From NCBI GenBank assembly GCA_002269645.1, contig NIVC01000928.1, positions 62,001 to 126,000 of the forward strand: a stretch of 64,000 nucleotides of DNA. Direction: 5' to 3'. Positions 47,201-59,041 of this stretch are shown piece after piece. Source of the stretch: Macrostomum lignano (taxonomy: Eukaryota). The translations under genes and the position numbers were made by a program. Each line of letters begins with the position of its first letter. Position 1 is the first letter of the stretch. Below the pieces are notes generated by a model. That model made no database searches. It had not been told where the DNA came from and was given only the letters and a program-made list of their open reading frames with translations.

Positions 47201-47733
47201 AGCGAGGACACCAGCTCGCAGCAGATCACCAATTCAGTAGTATCAATTGGTATACACAGTATAAGTAGGTCTACTTATAACTGGACTCCCGAAACTCAGA
47301 CGTATGCCACGCTGTTCTCCAGAAGTTTCCGTTCCTGTTGAGCTACTGTTTAGTCTGTACGCTCGTATAAGGCGCTTACAAATGACGCCTCTTTACTGCA
47401 AAATTTGATGCCATTGCCTTCCGGATTTTTTCGCATGAATTATCCGACTGTTACCTGGTCAGCGAATCCTGTTTGTCAGACAGGATAACAAACAAGATAA
47501 CAGACAGGATAACACGATGTTTCCCTGCAGGATTCGCATGAATTACCCGACGCTTACCTGGTCAGTGAATCCTTTTTGAATCTGCAGTTTGTAACAGGGA
47601 AACGTAAGATTTCGTCACGCAAACAGGATTCATACAAGATAACATTTTGCATAACCGGAATGGGGCATCGGGCATGTTATCTTGTTTGAGCGAAAGTTAT
47701 CTTGTGGTGTTGTCTGGTTTATTTACCAAAGGG
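44241..47733. mobile_element. 3493-bp non-autonomous CACTA/EnSpm(CMC)-like element, CCCT termini, 2-bp TSD AA, many subterminal repeats
   Basis: TIR CCCTCTGGTAAATGAACCAGATAACACCACAAGATAA vs CCCTTTGGTAAATAAACCAGACAACACCACAAGATAA. CCAGATAAC/GTTATCTGG and GAATCTTG motifs recur in both orientations at 44.25-45.03 kb and 47.4-47.7 kb. No recognisable transposase. The superfamily assignment is inferred from termini and TSD. Confidence 0.75.
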
Positions 47734-48003
47734 AAGCGAACACGGAGTTCCGCCAGGTGCCGCCGCACCTCTGCTCAGGGTTGCCAGTGCAGGCGCCTCG
47801 GCAGTCGCTCTCCGCGGCCACACCGTACCGCCCGAGTGCCCGCAGGAAGAGCCGCAGAAGCAATGAGACCTGTACTGCACGCCGAAGAATGGCGAGCCCT
47901 TCTGAGAGCAGAAGCTGCTGCAAAACTCGTGCGACATCTCCCTGCTGCTGATAGATCGGGCGTCTTTGAAGCAGCCAATGGGAGCAGAGTTCTTGCGGGA
48001 CAT
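47734..48003 (-). pseudogene. WSC-domain (carbohydrate-binding) coding relic, frameshifted and interrupted by the CACTA-like element
   Basis: IGCFKD...MSHEFCSSFCSQKGSPFFGVQYRSHCFCGSS / (frameshift) GRYGVAAESDCRGACTGNPEQRCGGTWRNSVF shows the full WSC cysteine pattern. 5' end unresolved. Confidence 0.75.
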
Positions 48004-48127
48004 TTGGTACCGTTTGCTGTTGGCGAAGGTTGCTCAGCGTTCCTGCTCCTATACTCACCGTCATTGAAGGCAGCTTGTTGAAGATTTCTCAGTGTACTAC
48101 TTATAGTAGAAAATCTAAGCATAAACT

Positions 48128-48440
48128 ATGTTGTAGTCTAGTGGGTTAGAGTGGCGGACTCACAACTGAAAGTTCGGAGCTTCGATTCTCTAACACTCCG
48201 AACTATTTGTGTCTGTGAGCAAGACACTTAACTCTGCATTGCTTCAGTTCACCCAGCTGAAAATGGTACATGAGCAATGGGCATTAAGCTGGGGTAATTG
48301 AAGTTGTACGAGGCGAACCCCAGTCCTTGAAATGAGCAGCTGTACGCGGCTTTCAGTTCAGATGCGCCGCGCAATAGCTGCGGCTGGGCTGTCGGTTTCA
48401 ACTCAGCCCATTAGGGCAGGTGTATTAAAAATCAAGCAGA
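48128..48440 (+). mobile_element. tRNA-derived SINE with a CORE/Meta-type central domain
   Basis: A-box-like TAGTCTAGTGGG and B-box-like GAGCTTCGATTC, followed by GTGTCTGTGAGCAAGACACTTAACTCTGCATTGCTTCAGTTCACCCAGCTGAAAATGG, which resembles the conserved CORE-type SINE domain. 3' end approximate. Confidence 0.7.
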
Positions 48441-48656
48441 AAGATCGCTGCATTTGCTCACAGAAGTTGGTGCTATTTCTTGTCGGGTTTGTATTTTCAT
48501 CAAGACTAATGTTTTAGCTGTTAGATTTCTTTTATAAACTATTTTCAATGTGATAGAATTGGACTCTTGTAGTGTGAATCAATAGATTTCACTATCTAGA
48601 TGCTCTTAAGTATTGCAGTTTGACAATTAGTCAATAGAAATTCCAGCGCCTAATTG

Positions 48657-49295
48657 TTACAAAACCAGCATCTCGAACTCCATCAGTGAGTAGTAGTAGC
48701 CGAAGTACAAGCTCCAAATCACACCCTGAGCATAGGGATCTCCAGTGGCAACAGAGGCATCTCTGTAATATCCATTCGGGTGCGTGCAGTGGCAGGCGGT
48801 GAACCACCAGGCTCCTCGAAAAAACGCTGCGCAGTTACCAGAGTGAGTGTCGTGGTCGGCGTCCTTTGTGGTGAACTGCTGCCCGTTTCCACCAGCGAAG
48901 CAGTCGCCGATGCCGGCGCTGCCGGAGAAGCCGGAAACGCTCAGCCGGTAGTTGTCGGACTCGGGACCCACGGAGAAGCTGGAGTACTCAGCCCAGTACT
49001 CAGAACCGTTCCAGGCTTTCATGAGAAACCGCACCTTGTGACTTCCATGCAGCGTGATTTCGTGAAGAGCGTTCAGTCCTGAAATAGCAATTGCCAAACC
49101 ATTAGCAATAGGCATTTGAACATTCAGACATTAGAAAGTTACATTTGAGCAATGACTTTTTGGTCCTCACCGACCCAGTAGTTTCCGTCGGGTCCCTCGC
49201 CGAACTCGCTCTGGTACTGAGTCCAGCTGCGGTAAAAGTCCACTGAGCCGGACACCCTGTGCTGCACGGCTGGTCTAGCAGTCGCCGTTTGATGA
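48657..49295 (-). CDS. Fibrinogen-related domain (FReD; ficolin/tenascin/angiopoietin-like) protein, last two exons 49295-49171 and 49078-48657; 5' exons unresolved
   Basis: [23 protein letters not shown]...YWVG|LNALHEIT...[28 protein letters not shown]...FTTKDADHD...[21 protein letters not shown]...[11 protein letters not shown]; phase-1 GT-AG intron. Confidence 0.88.
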
Positions 49296-50238
49296 CTGCA
49301 AGGAGACAGTCACGCATTCTAGCTCGTAAATGAAGGCATTCAGAGAAACAACGAAGAGCTAATTCATTATCTTACACATAAACCACGCGGAGCTGCTTTG
49401 TTTAAATTGCGGCACTTCCGGCCAGTTGTGCAATTCGTTGCGACCAGAACCGGGCAGCGCCGTTGCTCCATCGGAGTTTCTGGCTCAAAACGGACCCAAT
49501 GTGTTCAGCTGTGGCTTCGTGTGCAGCCTGAGGCCGGGCTGCTTCGGCTTCACTGGCTACTTAGAGGGTGTCCGCGGTTGTTCAACTTGCAGGCGCTTTT
49601 CACAACCAGCTCCAGCTGGGTCAGCGTGGAGAAAAGCGATATGCGACGTTTGCTCTGGGTAATTATTTGGAAATTTGACGTCTGAATTGCAAGTAACATT
49701 ACCACTAGCGGTTCTGTGGGTCAGATATTGATGCAGCTGTATGTTTTAACATGGGTTTAGCCAATCTCACAATGTTGTCTTACAGGGAATAAAATAAGGG
49801 AGGTGTTCCAAATAAGAAGCTCGACTAACTCAAGTTATATTAAGTTCTACTCGTATTTATTCCGATGAACCAAGGGTTCGGTTTACTGTAGAGAAAGGGT
49901 TCCGTTGTCGATTTATATTCAGTGGGTCAATTTGTCAGTTTTGTTAATTAGGATAGAATACTATTTCTTACAATCAAATGTAACTCTTAAGCAACGAATG
50001 AGCTGGGAGGTGAGAGGGCGAGCGAGCAAGAAAAAGACGAGCTTCTTGGTTGGTTTCCGGTGAGACCGACAATTGACCGCCGGCAATAGCGTTAATAAGC
50101 GATTTTTTCATTAACGCTAACGGACTGCCATTACGAGCGTAATATTTTTTTCACTAATGGAGTAGCTACCGAATTTACGGTAAAATAATTTTGTAATTTA
50201 ATGGCTAATATTGGCTAATCAGAAGCAACAAGGATGTT

Positions 50239-50694
50239 CTAAGGACAACTAAAGCAGCGTATATACAGGACGCGACAACACACATTTCATGGAAAAAGTT
50301 TTGAAGGCCACTTTAGACAAATACGAGTATTTTTCTGGATGCTACCGCTTTGCAATTAGTATTTATTTATATTTTTTACAGATTCTAGACGGCTAATTGA
50401 ACTCTTCGAAGACTTAGAAATGGGGTTTACGAGCTAACTAATTTTAGATATAGTAAAGGCATACCTATCCGAAAAAAACGGGTTACCTTTAGAAAAGCGA
50501 AATTAAAAGATAATAAGTTAAGCCACAACCGCAAATACAATTTTATCTTAAAGGGGAATAAATTTCGAAGGATCCAGCAAAATCCACGTGCATCCATTCA
50601 GAAGTGACATTGTTTGGAAAAGTGGCCTTCGAAACATTTTCCATAGATTTCGAGTGTTGTGTCCTTCTTCTACATGTACTTTAGTAGTCTTTGG
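50239..50694. mobile_element. MITE-like fold-back (~100-bp imperfect TIRs) just 3' of the kinase; same family hosts the Gypsy at 59864-61808
   Basis: AGGACGCGACAACACACATTTCATGGAAAAAGTTTTGAAGGCCACTTT is mirrored at 50605-50665. Homologous sequence flanks the Gypsy insertion. Confidence 0.6.
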
Positions 50695-50878
50695 ATTGTT
50701 CAACATCAGCAGTCTTTGAAACATCTGACACAAAGGATCGACGCACATTGAAAGTAGAGCAGATATGTTTTCGTTTGTTTTTTGAACCCACACATGAATG
50801 TTTTATACATAGAGCAGTTTCCAGTAGATGAATTAAAGATACATGGTATTAATAACTTGTTCCTCGTCTTGGATTGGC

Positions 50879-52575
50879 TCATTGATCAAAGCTGAGTATA
50901 GTCCTCCTGGTCAGCAAGAAACTGTGGCTGAGCAGTCTCTCAGCCGACCACCTGTCTTCGCGTTTCCATGCGGTGCACCTGCTGTAGAAGTCCCTCAGTG
51001 CGTTTCTTATCCCGTCTCCATCTGGAAGATCAGGGGCGCTATGTTTGGCCGCCAACGTACAGGCCATAGACCCCATATTCGGACATTTAGCGTGAGGTCT
51101 GCTTCCCGTCACCATCAGGTACACTGTGCAGCCAAACGCCCAGATGTCCGACTTGGCGCTGTACCGCGCTGGGTCCTGCTCATTCTCAGGCGCAAGCAGC
51201 TCCGGAGCCATGAAATTCAGTGTGCCCTTCGGATACGCAGAGATGGTGGAGTGGTGACTGGCTGCCTCTTTCAGCTTCATCGACAGTCCAAAGTCGATCA
51301 GCTTGACGATCGGTCCATCAGTTTGCTGTTGTTCGTGCGTACCGCGCAGCACCATAATGTTCCAACCGTTGATGTCTCAGTGGATCACAGGAGGCTGGCG
51401 GGTGTGGATGTACTGCATGGCACTGCAAATCTGCAGATGAGGTGAAGGAACGTGTAAGGTTTTATTTCTAAAGCATCTGACTAGAATCTATTTTGTTTTT
51501 TACCTGTCCACAAATCGACCTCATCTGAGATTGGTCGGTCATCGGATTGCCTCCGATGATGCTCTCCAGCGTGTCTCCATCCAGCAGCTCCATGAATAGG
51601 CAAACCTTGAATTGATCTACTGTTTGCACAATACCCAGGAATTGTACTATGTTTTGGTGACTCAGATCGCACAGATTCTGCTCTCCATCCACCGCCCGTC
51701 TGATGCCAGTTGTGCAATCCTCGCAGCCATCAGCTCCAGCTTCCATTGGTAGTCTTATCACTTTGATGACGCATCTCTGCCAGTCAGCTGAGTTTAGTTG
51801 AACTGAACCTCTGAACACTGAGCCACCACCGCCTCGAGCCAGCAGTTTGTCTTTGCGCCATCGCATTTGACCACCGCAGTTTAGCGAGCCGTCCAAACTC
51901 AGTTGCGACTCCCACTGATTCATTGGTTGATCCCGTTCGATAGTGTCATCGTCTTCCACAAACTGGGATGCAGTGGACCTCAAACTCAAAGAAGGCTTTC
52001 TAAAACGAATTGAAGAAGATGGCTGACTGGCTTCTGGCTGATTTGTAGCACCATGTTGTTCTGCAGCCATGGGTGGGAACTGTTGCTGTAAGGATCCTGA
52101 AGCCTGAACCGCTGGCATGTTCGGCTGCTGCTGTACGGCATGCAGTGACGCCAGCAGCGCATCGTGCCATTTTTTGAATTGAAACGGATCCTTGGTGGTC
52201 AGTCGCAGTGATGAATTACCGGTGTTCATCTGTGATGGTGGTAGCAGGGCAGATGAGACTTCTAGCACTTATAGCAGGGGTTGGCAAACTCCGGCCCTCA
52301 GGTCCCATAAAACTTCACAATAGCAATCCGGTGCAATCAATGCTTGTGTCTCTTCTAAGCTGTCTTTTCTCTCTCCTCTCCTCTCACATCTCCCCCTCTC
52401 CTCCTCTCGATCTCTCCTCTCCGCGCCCCTCTCCTCTCTTCTCACTTTGGCATATGGCGGCGCTGAATGCTCAACTCACCTGCATGAAGCTTCTCTCGTC
52501 ACTATCGTGTGCCTCCACTACTGAGCACCCGTCACTTTGCAGCAACACGGAACAAATAGTCTTTTCTTGACGAGT
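50879..52575 (-). pseudogene. PH-domain + STE/MAP3K-like Ser/Thr kinase with a premature TGA at the HRD arginine. Exons 52575-52480, 52229-51504, 51430-50879; 5' end unresolved
   Basis: PH-like C-terminus (SLRLTTKDPFQFKKWHDALL), LLARGGGGSVFRG, CVIKVI, LSHQNIVQFLG, IH*DINGWNIM (TGA at 51379-51377), KLIDFG, GTLNFMAPE, SDIWAFGC. Splice phases are consistent. Confidence 0.8.
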
Positions 52576-54355
52576 CTGGTTAATAAATAACAGAGAGTGG
52601 GGATTAATTCGATTCTAACGTAAGAATTCACCGGTTTCTCGATCTATCAGATTCCATTATTGGACTCGCACTGAGGACAGAATCCAGGTTCGCCAGGTTC
52701 GCAGGCGGAGGTAAGGTGCATGTGTGCCTTGATCAACCGCCCCTCCCATGGGGGCTTGCTTTTCTTTAGGGCCTACATGGGGCCTTAACTATGGGCGTAC
52801 CATGGGGTGTTGAGCGAGAGGCGCGGCAGGGTGAGGGGCAGGACGAGATGCAGGATGGGTTTTCAGCCAATGGGAGTTGCGGTGATCGGACGCCCACCTC
52901 ATCTCCAAAAAGGGCCCTTATCTGCGTTCTTAGTAGTCACGCACAAAATCGCTCAGATTTCGATGGAGGCCGGTGGTTGTTGCAAAATGCTTGAGCCAGA
53001 TAGGAATTTTTCAGTTTTTCAACGCTAAAATCCCAATATCTCAATTTCTGCGCAATATCTCTGAATTTCAAATGAAGCAACTGTTGGGGTTTCTAAAGAT
53101 AAAGATATGTTTGAGGGTTTCAAGATTTGTTTTAGATATTTACTTTTAGATGGCCTTTTCTTCAATATAAGAATTTAATCCGTAAAAATCCACGCTCGAA
53201 AAAGTACTCTCGAGAGACAAGAAAAACAGAAATTTCTACAAAACTATGCTAGATTAGATTGTCCGTGTCCCGGTAGCACTTTGTCCGGTCCCTTGAGTAG
53301 CTAACTGGTAGTTGCACCTACCTACACAAACACATGCTTGCTTCATTTGCAGCAGTTTAGAGAGATCATATTGTCAATCTAGTGCTCAGAAAACTGAAAA
53401 CACTTTCTGTATTATTTCATGCAGCGAAACCGCGGCCTCCAGCAAAACTGGCACGAGTCGAGTGCACGTAGCGTCCTTGTACGTCAGTTGTCCATGACTA
53501 TTTTGCCATTCCAAAAGTGGAATCCGACAGAGAAACCGCAGCTCTGATATACTGATTTTTCGGACTATATAGTATGATTATTAAAAATACGTACCTTTAA
53601 AAATGATCAACTTGTGGGACGCGTGCAAAACGGCGTATCGCTTTTTCCATTTGCGATTCCCCTGCAAGCAGAATGATAGAAAGCTGACATCTCTCTATCA
53701 CACCCGAGTGAACTGGTTATTAACCATTGCTATAATATTAAATATCCATAACTATGTTGAGTACAATTATCGAGGTATACTCTATACTCACCTGATAGAG
53801 CAGTACGTCACCTTTCTTAATAACTTGCATTTTACTTGATCTTTTTTATGGCAAACAGAGGCAACAAATATTTGAAGCGATTTGCTTTTGATTTGAGTTT
53901 TCAATTTTTTTGTAGTTTTATATCCATTATTTATTTATATTTTAAGTTCTGACGCAAAATTTCTCTTTCCTCACACCTAGCTATAGCTGCACATTCAGAT
54001 TCTTTGAGATGCTCTTGAGATTTGCTACTTGTGTTGTGTGCAAATATTTGGAAAGAAAAGTTTCACACAAGCCAATTGTTCGTCTGGTTTGCTTTTAGAG
54101 TACTGTATGTCATAGCGCACAGCTAACGCACACTATGGCATTAGATGTTCTGTAACGTTAAACTTAATGTACTGTTGAGGGAGTATAGTCCATGAAAATT
54201 TGCAAACTATGACAGTGTGTGAATGTCTAACAGAAACGCATGCAAAATAACCATTAAAACCGATTGGTTAGGCGGCCGGATCTCATTATATGCACTGCTG
54301 CCTGTATTATTACTCGTACTATAGTTAAAATAAAAGGCGCTAAATATATATCACC

Positions 54356-54883
54356 TGCGGCGCTCGAATGAGTGCCTGTGCGACGCTAAAATGAGTGCTT
54401 GTGCGGCGCTAAAATAAGTGCCTGCGGCGCTCAAATGAGTGCCTGCGGCGCTCAAATGAGTGCCTGCGGCGCTAAAATGAATTTCTGCGGCGCTAAAATG
54501 AATGTCTGCGGCGCTAAAATGAGTGCCTGCGGCGCTAAAATGAATTTCTGCGGCGCTAAAATGAATGTCTGCGGCGCTAAAATGAATGTCTGCGGCGCTA
54601 AAATGAATTTCTGCGGCGCTAAAATGAATTTCTGCGGCGCTAAAATGAGTGCCTGCGGCGCTAAAATGAATTTCTGCCGCGCTAAAATGAACTTCTGCGG
54701 CGCTAAAATGAATTTCTGCGGCGCTAAAATGAACTTCTGCGGCGCTAAAATGAATTTCTGCGGCGCTAAAATGAATTTCTGCGGCGCTAAAATGAATTTC
54801 TGCGGCGCTAAAATGAGTGCCTGCGGCGCTAAAATGAATTTCTGCGGCGCTAAAATGAGTGCCTGCGGCGCTAAAATGAGTGC
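54356..54883. repeat. 21-bp minisatellite (TGCGGCGCTAAAATGAATTTC), ~25 copies
   Basis: Direct tandem periodicity. Confidence 0.95.
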
Positions 54884-56705
54884 TGAAAACAGCCGACTCT
54901 CAAAATAATGTAGATGTAGGAATTCAGTCATTTACATGTAAAATTATTTGCTTTGTACCCCCACCATAAAATCCATGGCGACGCCTTTGGTAGTAAAGTT
55001 TGCAGTACGATCAACTGCATAATATTTTAATTTATGGTTTCGATAGTTAATGTTAGATAGTTAGAGCGCATGATCCGTACGTCTGGCTGAAGAACTTTAC
55101 ATGCATGTACTCGGCGGGAATTCGTAGTTTATCGCATGAATTCACAGCAATTGGCTGTTCGAAGTTCCAGGGGGAATATCGATCACTTTATAGTGCGAGA
55201 TGTGCATGCATGTACATGCAGTTTAGGGGAAAGAATAGTTTAGGAGATTGTATATATGTAGATCAAGAGATGTTCAGCAGTTCTCTGTCAGCGGCCGGAA
55301 GAACGTCTAGTAGGTTGAGTTTTGACGCACAAAACACTGAGCATGATCGCACGAGCCTGAATGAGCCTGAGGTAACTTGACTCTTACTTAGCCTTAGCCA
55401 GTTATTGGGAAAATTCTGCAAGGGAACTCGAAGGTTCAACGCAATTCCCTGTAGACATGTGACGACGGCTGGGGCTCTGCATGCTTTAATATGGGCAACA
55501 GGTCAATTAAGTATATCGCGTGTATACGTGACGATCGAGTGTCAGATGTGACTGTCACCTGTTCTTGAACCGTTTTGCTGCCAAGCAAACCGAGGGTCGT
55601 CTATGGTAGCGCCAGTCCTACTCCTGATTGGCCAATGCACGCCTCCGCACTTATTTGCACGATTCCAAAGGAATTGCCGAGAGTAGGGCATCTAACATTT
55701 GTGTAGCAGCCCCGCGGGGCCCTGGATTCCGACTGTCAAAAGACCAAGAGGGCACAAGAATGGAGAAAATAATTAGGGTTGAGAAGCGAAGTCAAGAAAA
55801 TAATAAGGGCTACTGTTGCATAAGTCGTTCTATTTCTCAAATATTTTCTGCTTCAAAAAACTAAAAGTAGGAAAGAATTTAAGCAAATCCATTTACTGTT
55901 GCCTAACCAAAGTACTTTGTGAAGAAAACAATTTAGAAAATTTTCAAATCTGCCAGAACTGATCTGACAAAATCCAGCAGAGATATTTGAAAACCTAATA
56001 GTTCAAGTCTTGTTTGTGATTAGTTGTGTGAGAGAAGTAGCAATTTTACTTTCCTCTCTTTGCTTGATTTGTATCTTTTGAAAATCATAAAATGTTTTTA
56101 TGTACCACCGAGCTAAAAAATGCTTGTGAAAACTCGTAAGATCTTACAAGGCGAAGCAGACAGCAAATCTGGTAAGAAATTTAGGTAAGAACAGATGTCA
56201 AGAATGAGTGAACAGATTGTCAACTAGGGTCTTGGTGGGCGCCCCCCCCCCCTGTTTCTCTTGGTGGGCACCCCTGCTACTGTCTTAGAGAAGAGCAATT
56301 TGGGTGCGATTGTGTGGAGATCACAGCCCCTCCTGCCCCTCCTCTGCGTACGCCACCAACGTCGTATAGACGTACATGCAGTGTACGCGGTGGTAGAGAA
56401 GATTTTGCAGCCCTCGACTGACACAGCCATGACACGTCACAGGCTGGTCTGCCTGGGACAGACGTTCATTGACAGAAGAATACTCAGGAAGGTATTATTC
56501 ACGCAGAAATAAACACCGCAGGGCTTAACCGTACCGTACAGACACTTTCGTGTACAACTAGATTAAGGGAACGTTTTTCTCTGTCACTATAAAACCTGCT
56601 AGCAGACCTTGGGCTGTCATCTGCAATTGTTAGATAGCACCAGTTAGTTAGTTAGAGCAGAAAAGCAAAGCTTACACACTGCTACCACAGATTGCAGCTG
56701 AGAGA

Positions 56706-59041
56706 ATGGCAGTTTCATCTAGCTTAGTGTTAGCCGGCGGTGCCGCAGCCCTGGGACTGTACTGGTACGGCCGGAAGCGGCTGGAGGACGCCAGGGAGCC
56801 TCCATCGGTTGGTCGCTACCCTCTGGTTGGCAGCATGCGCCACATCCACGAGCCGCTGTACCTCTGGCTGTACGAGAACTTCGGCTCGGAGCCCGTCGTT
56901 CGGGTGCACTTCGGCACCCAGTGCGTCTACGTGTTTAACAAGTGGTCCGCATTCAAGGAGGCCATGGTGGACAACGCCGATCAGCTGTCGGGACGTCTGA
57001 GCCAGAAACTCACCGCTCGTCTGTTTGGCGACGTCGGCGGCATTGTGGCCTCCGACGGCGAAGTGTGGCGCGACTACCGGCGCTTCACATTGAAGACACT
57101 GCGCGACTTCGGCTTCGGCAGACGCGGTGCCGAGGAAATCATTACCGTTGAAGCGGAGCACCTGCACCAGACGCTCGACGAAGCGGCTGGGAAGCCGGTG
57201 GAAACTTCGGTTCTGTTGAGCACGGCGACCAGCAACATCATCTGCCAGCTGGTGTTCGGCTCCCGGCTGGCCTCGGAGGACGAGAAGTTCGGAGAGATTC
57301 TCGAAGTGTTTCGCAAGATCACGCACAACGAAGACTCGAACTCGACTAACGCGATGTTTATGACGATTATTCCTCTGATCGAGAATCTTCCTTTCATTGC
57401 CGATCTGTTTTTTAAAACGCCGGCTTCCAAGGCTGCCATTGATGACTTTTTGAAACTGCTGGGCTACTGCAACGAACAGCGGGACAAGCACATCGCCGAG
57501 ATGGAGGGCGTCGATACAGCCAGGTAAGCTTATGGAGTGATTGAGGTACATGTCTTACAGTGAGGTACATATCTGGCAGTGACGTATATATCTGACAATG
57601 AGGTACACGCCTGATAATGAGATACATCTGACAGAGATGCAGAGTCAATAACAGGGCATATAAACATGCACATGTTCCGTAGTCCGTAATTGTGGCACAA
57701 AACACAGTATATCTGACTTAGGATTTTCAAGAAGTATCATACTTTAGTTACATTTACTTTCATGTACATATTTACCTGTACTTGTACTTCTCCCCTGTGA
57801 CAAAAACGCTACGACACAGAGACTACATCGAGGCGCACCTGCTGTACCAGCGCGACCAGCCCGAGATGTTCAACGACACCCGTCTGACCATGGCTGTCAG
57901 CGACCTGTTCATCGCTGGCACCGACACCACTGCCAACACGCTGCGCTGGGCGATTCTCTACATGATTGACAACCCGGACGTCTGCGAGAAAGTGCACGAG
58001 GAGGTGGCGAAGGCCATTGGAAACGACCGGCTGCCCACTATGCAGGACAAAGCGAGACTGCCATACACTCAGGTTGGGAGAAAATTAACTCTATGTAGAG
58101 GCAATATTATCCGCACAATACCGGTATATTTTATCCTGTGGATGACTGCGTTTAACTACACATGTAATTTCCTTTTGTTAAATGGCAGGTGACGTCTGTG
58201 TACCTGTGTGTATGATATATTTAATATTTTGACAAGGTGATGGCGGTTGGCAGATATGGTATGCCCTCAAATATGCAATGTCAGTAAGTCAAAAAGACGA
58301 TGTCTTTGACCGAAGTCTATACACGAGCTACCAATACTTAATTGTCCGTGACCACGTCCTCTAGCAATGTCCTCGTTTCAGTTGATGTTCTCTAAGCAGA
58401 CAATGTCCTCGTTTCAGATTATGTTCTCTAAGCAGGCAATGTCCTCGTTTCAGATGATGCTCTCTAAGCAGGCAATGTCCTCGTTTCAGATGATGTTCTC
58501 AGGCAATGTCCTTATTTCAGATGACGTTCTCTAAGCATAGTCAATGTCCTCTTTAAACAATGTCCTTTAATTTATTTTCAAGGCCGTGATCGAAGAAGTC
58601 CACCGCAAAGCCAGCCTCGTCCCAATGGGAGTTTTCCACCGAGTTGTGGACGAAGTCACTCTGGCCAATAATGGCGGCTGGAAGCTTCAGCCAGACAGCA
58701 TCTGCACCTTCAACACGTACGCCATCCACCACGACCCGGAGGTGTTCCCGCAGCCGGAGAAGTTTCTGCCGGAGCGGCACCTGAAGGAGGACGGGCAGTT
58801 CGCGGCCAGCCCGCACCTGTCCACCTTCGGCCTGGGCAAGAGGGCCTGTCTTGGCGAGAGTCTGGCCCGCATGGAGCTGCTGGTGTTCTTCGTGACCCTC
58901 GTGCAGCGCTACAGCTTCAGCCTGGACCCCGAGGACAGCCGGACGATGTGGCAGCTCACAGAGGATCCGAGCTTCTCCAAGGGCACCGTGCTGAGGTCCC
59001 CGCCGCTGCACAAAATCGTGTTCAAAGCTAGAAACATTTAG
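56706..59041 (+). CDS. Cytochrome P450, CYP2 clan, 509 aa. Exons 56706-57523, 57820-58072, 58583-59041
   Basis: N-terminal anchor plus PP hinge, WxxxR (WRDYR), I-helix AGTDTT, ExxR (EEVHR), PERH and heme motif FGLGKRACLGE. The exons total 1530 nt with matching phases. Confidence 0.95.
58365..58550. repeat. ~36-bp tandem repeat (CAATGTCCTCGTTTCAGATGATGTTCTCTAAGCAGG), ~5 copies, at the 3' end of CYP intron 2
   Basis: Direct read. Confidence 0.85.

Noticed and set aside
49398-49685. Possible upstream (PAN/apple-like) exon of the FReD gene
   Set aside because: Cys-containing segments occur in different frames with stops; I could not build a consistent exon.
50600-51379. Selenocysteine decoding of the kinase UGA
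   Set aside because: No recognisable SECIS (AUGA...AA...GA stem) seen in the 3' region; the position corresponds to a CpG-mutable Arg codon.
54399-54931. Long ORFs on both strands (CGAKMNF)n / (LAPQKFI)n
   Set aside because: A 21-bp unit without stops keeps frames open trivially; no splice or promoter evidence.
55060-55700. Possible ncRNA or regulatory element upstream of the CYP
   Set aside because: Moderately GC-rich unique sequence, but no box motifs or stable structure I could support.
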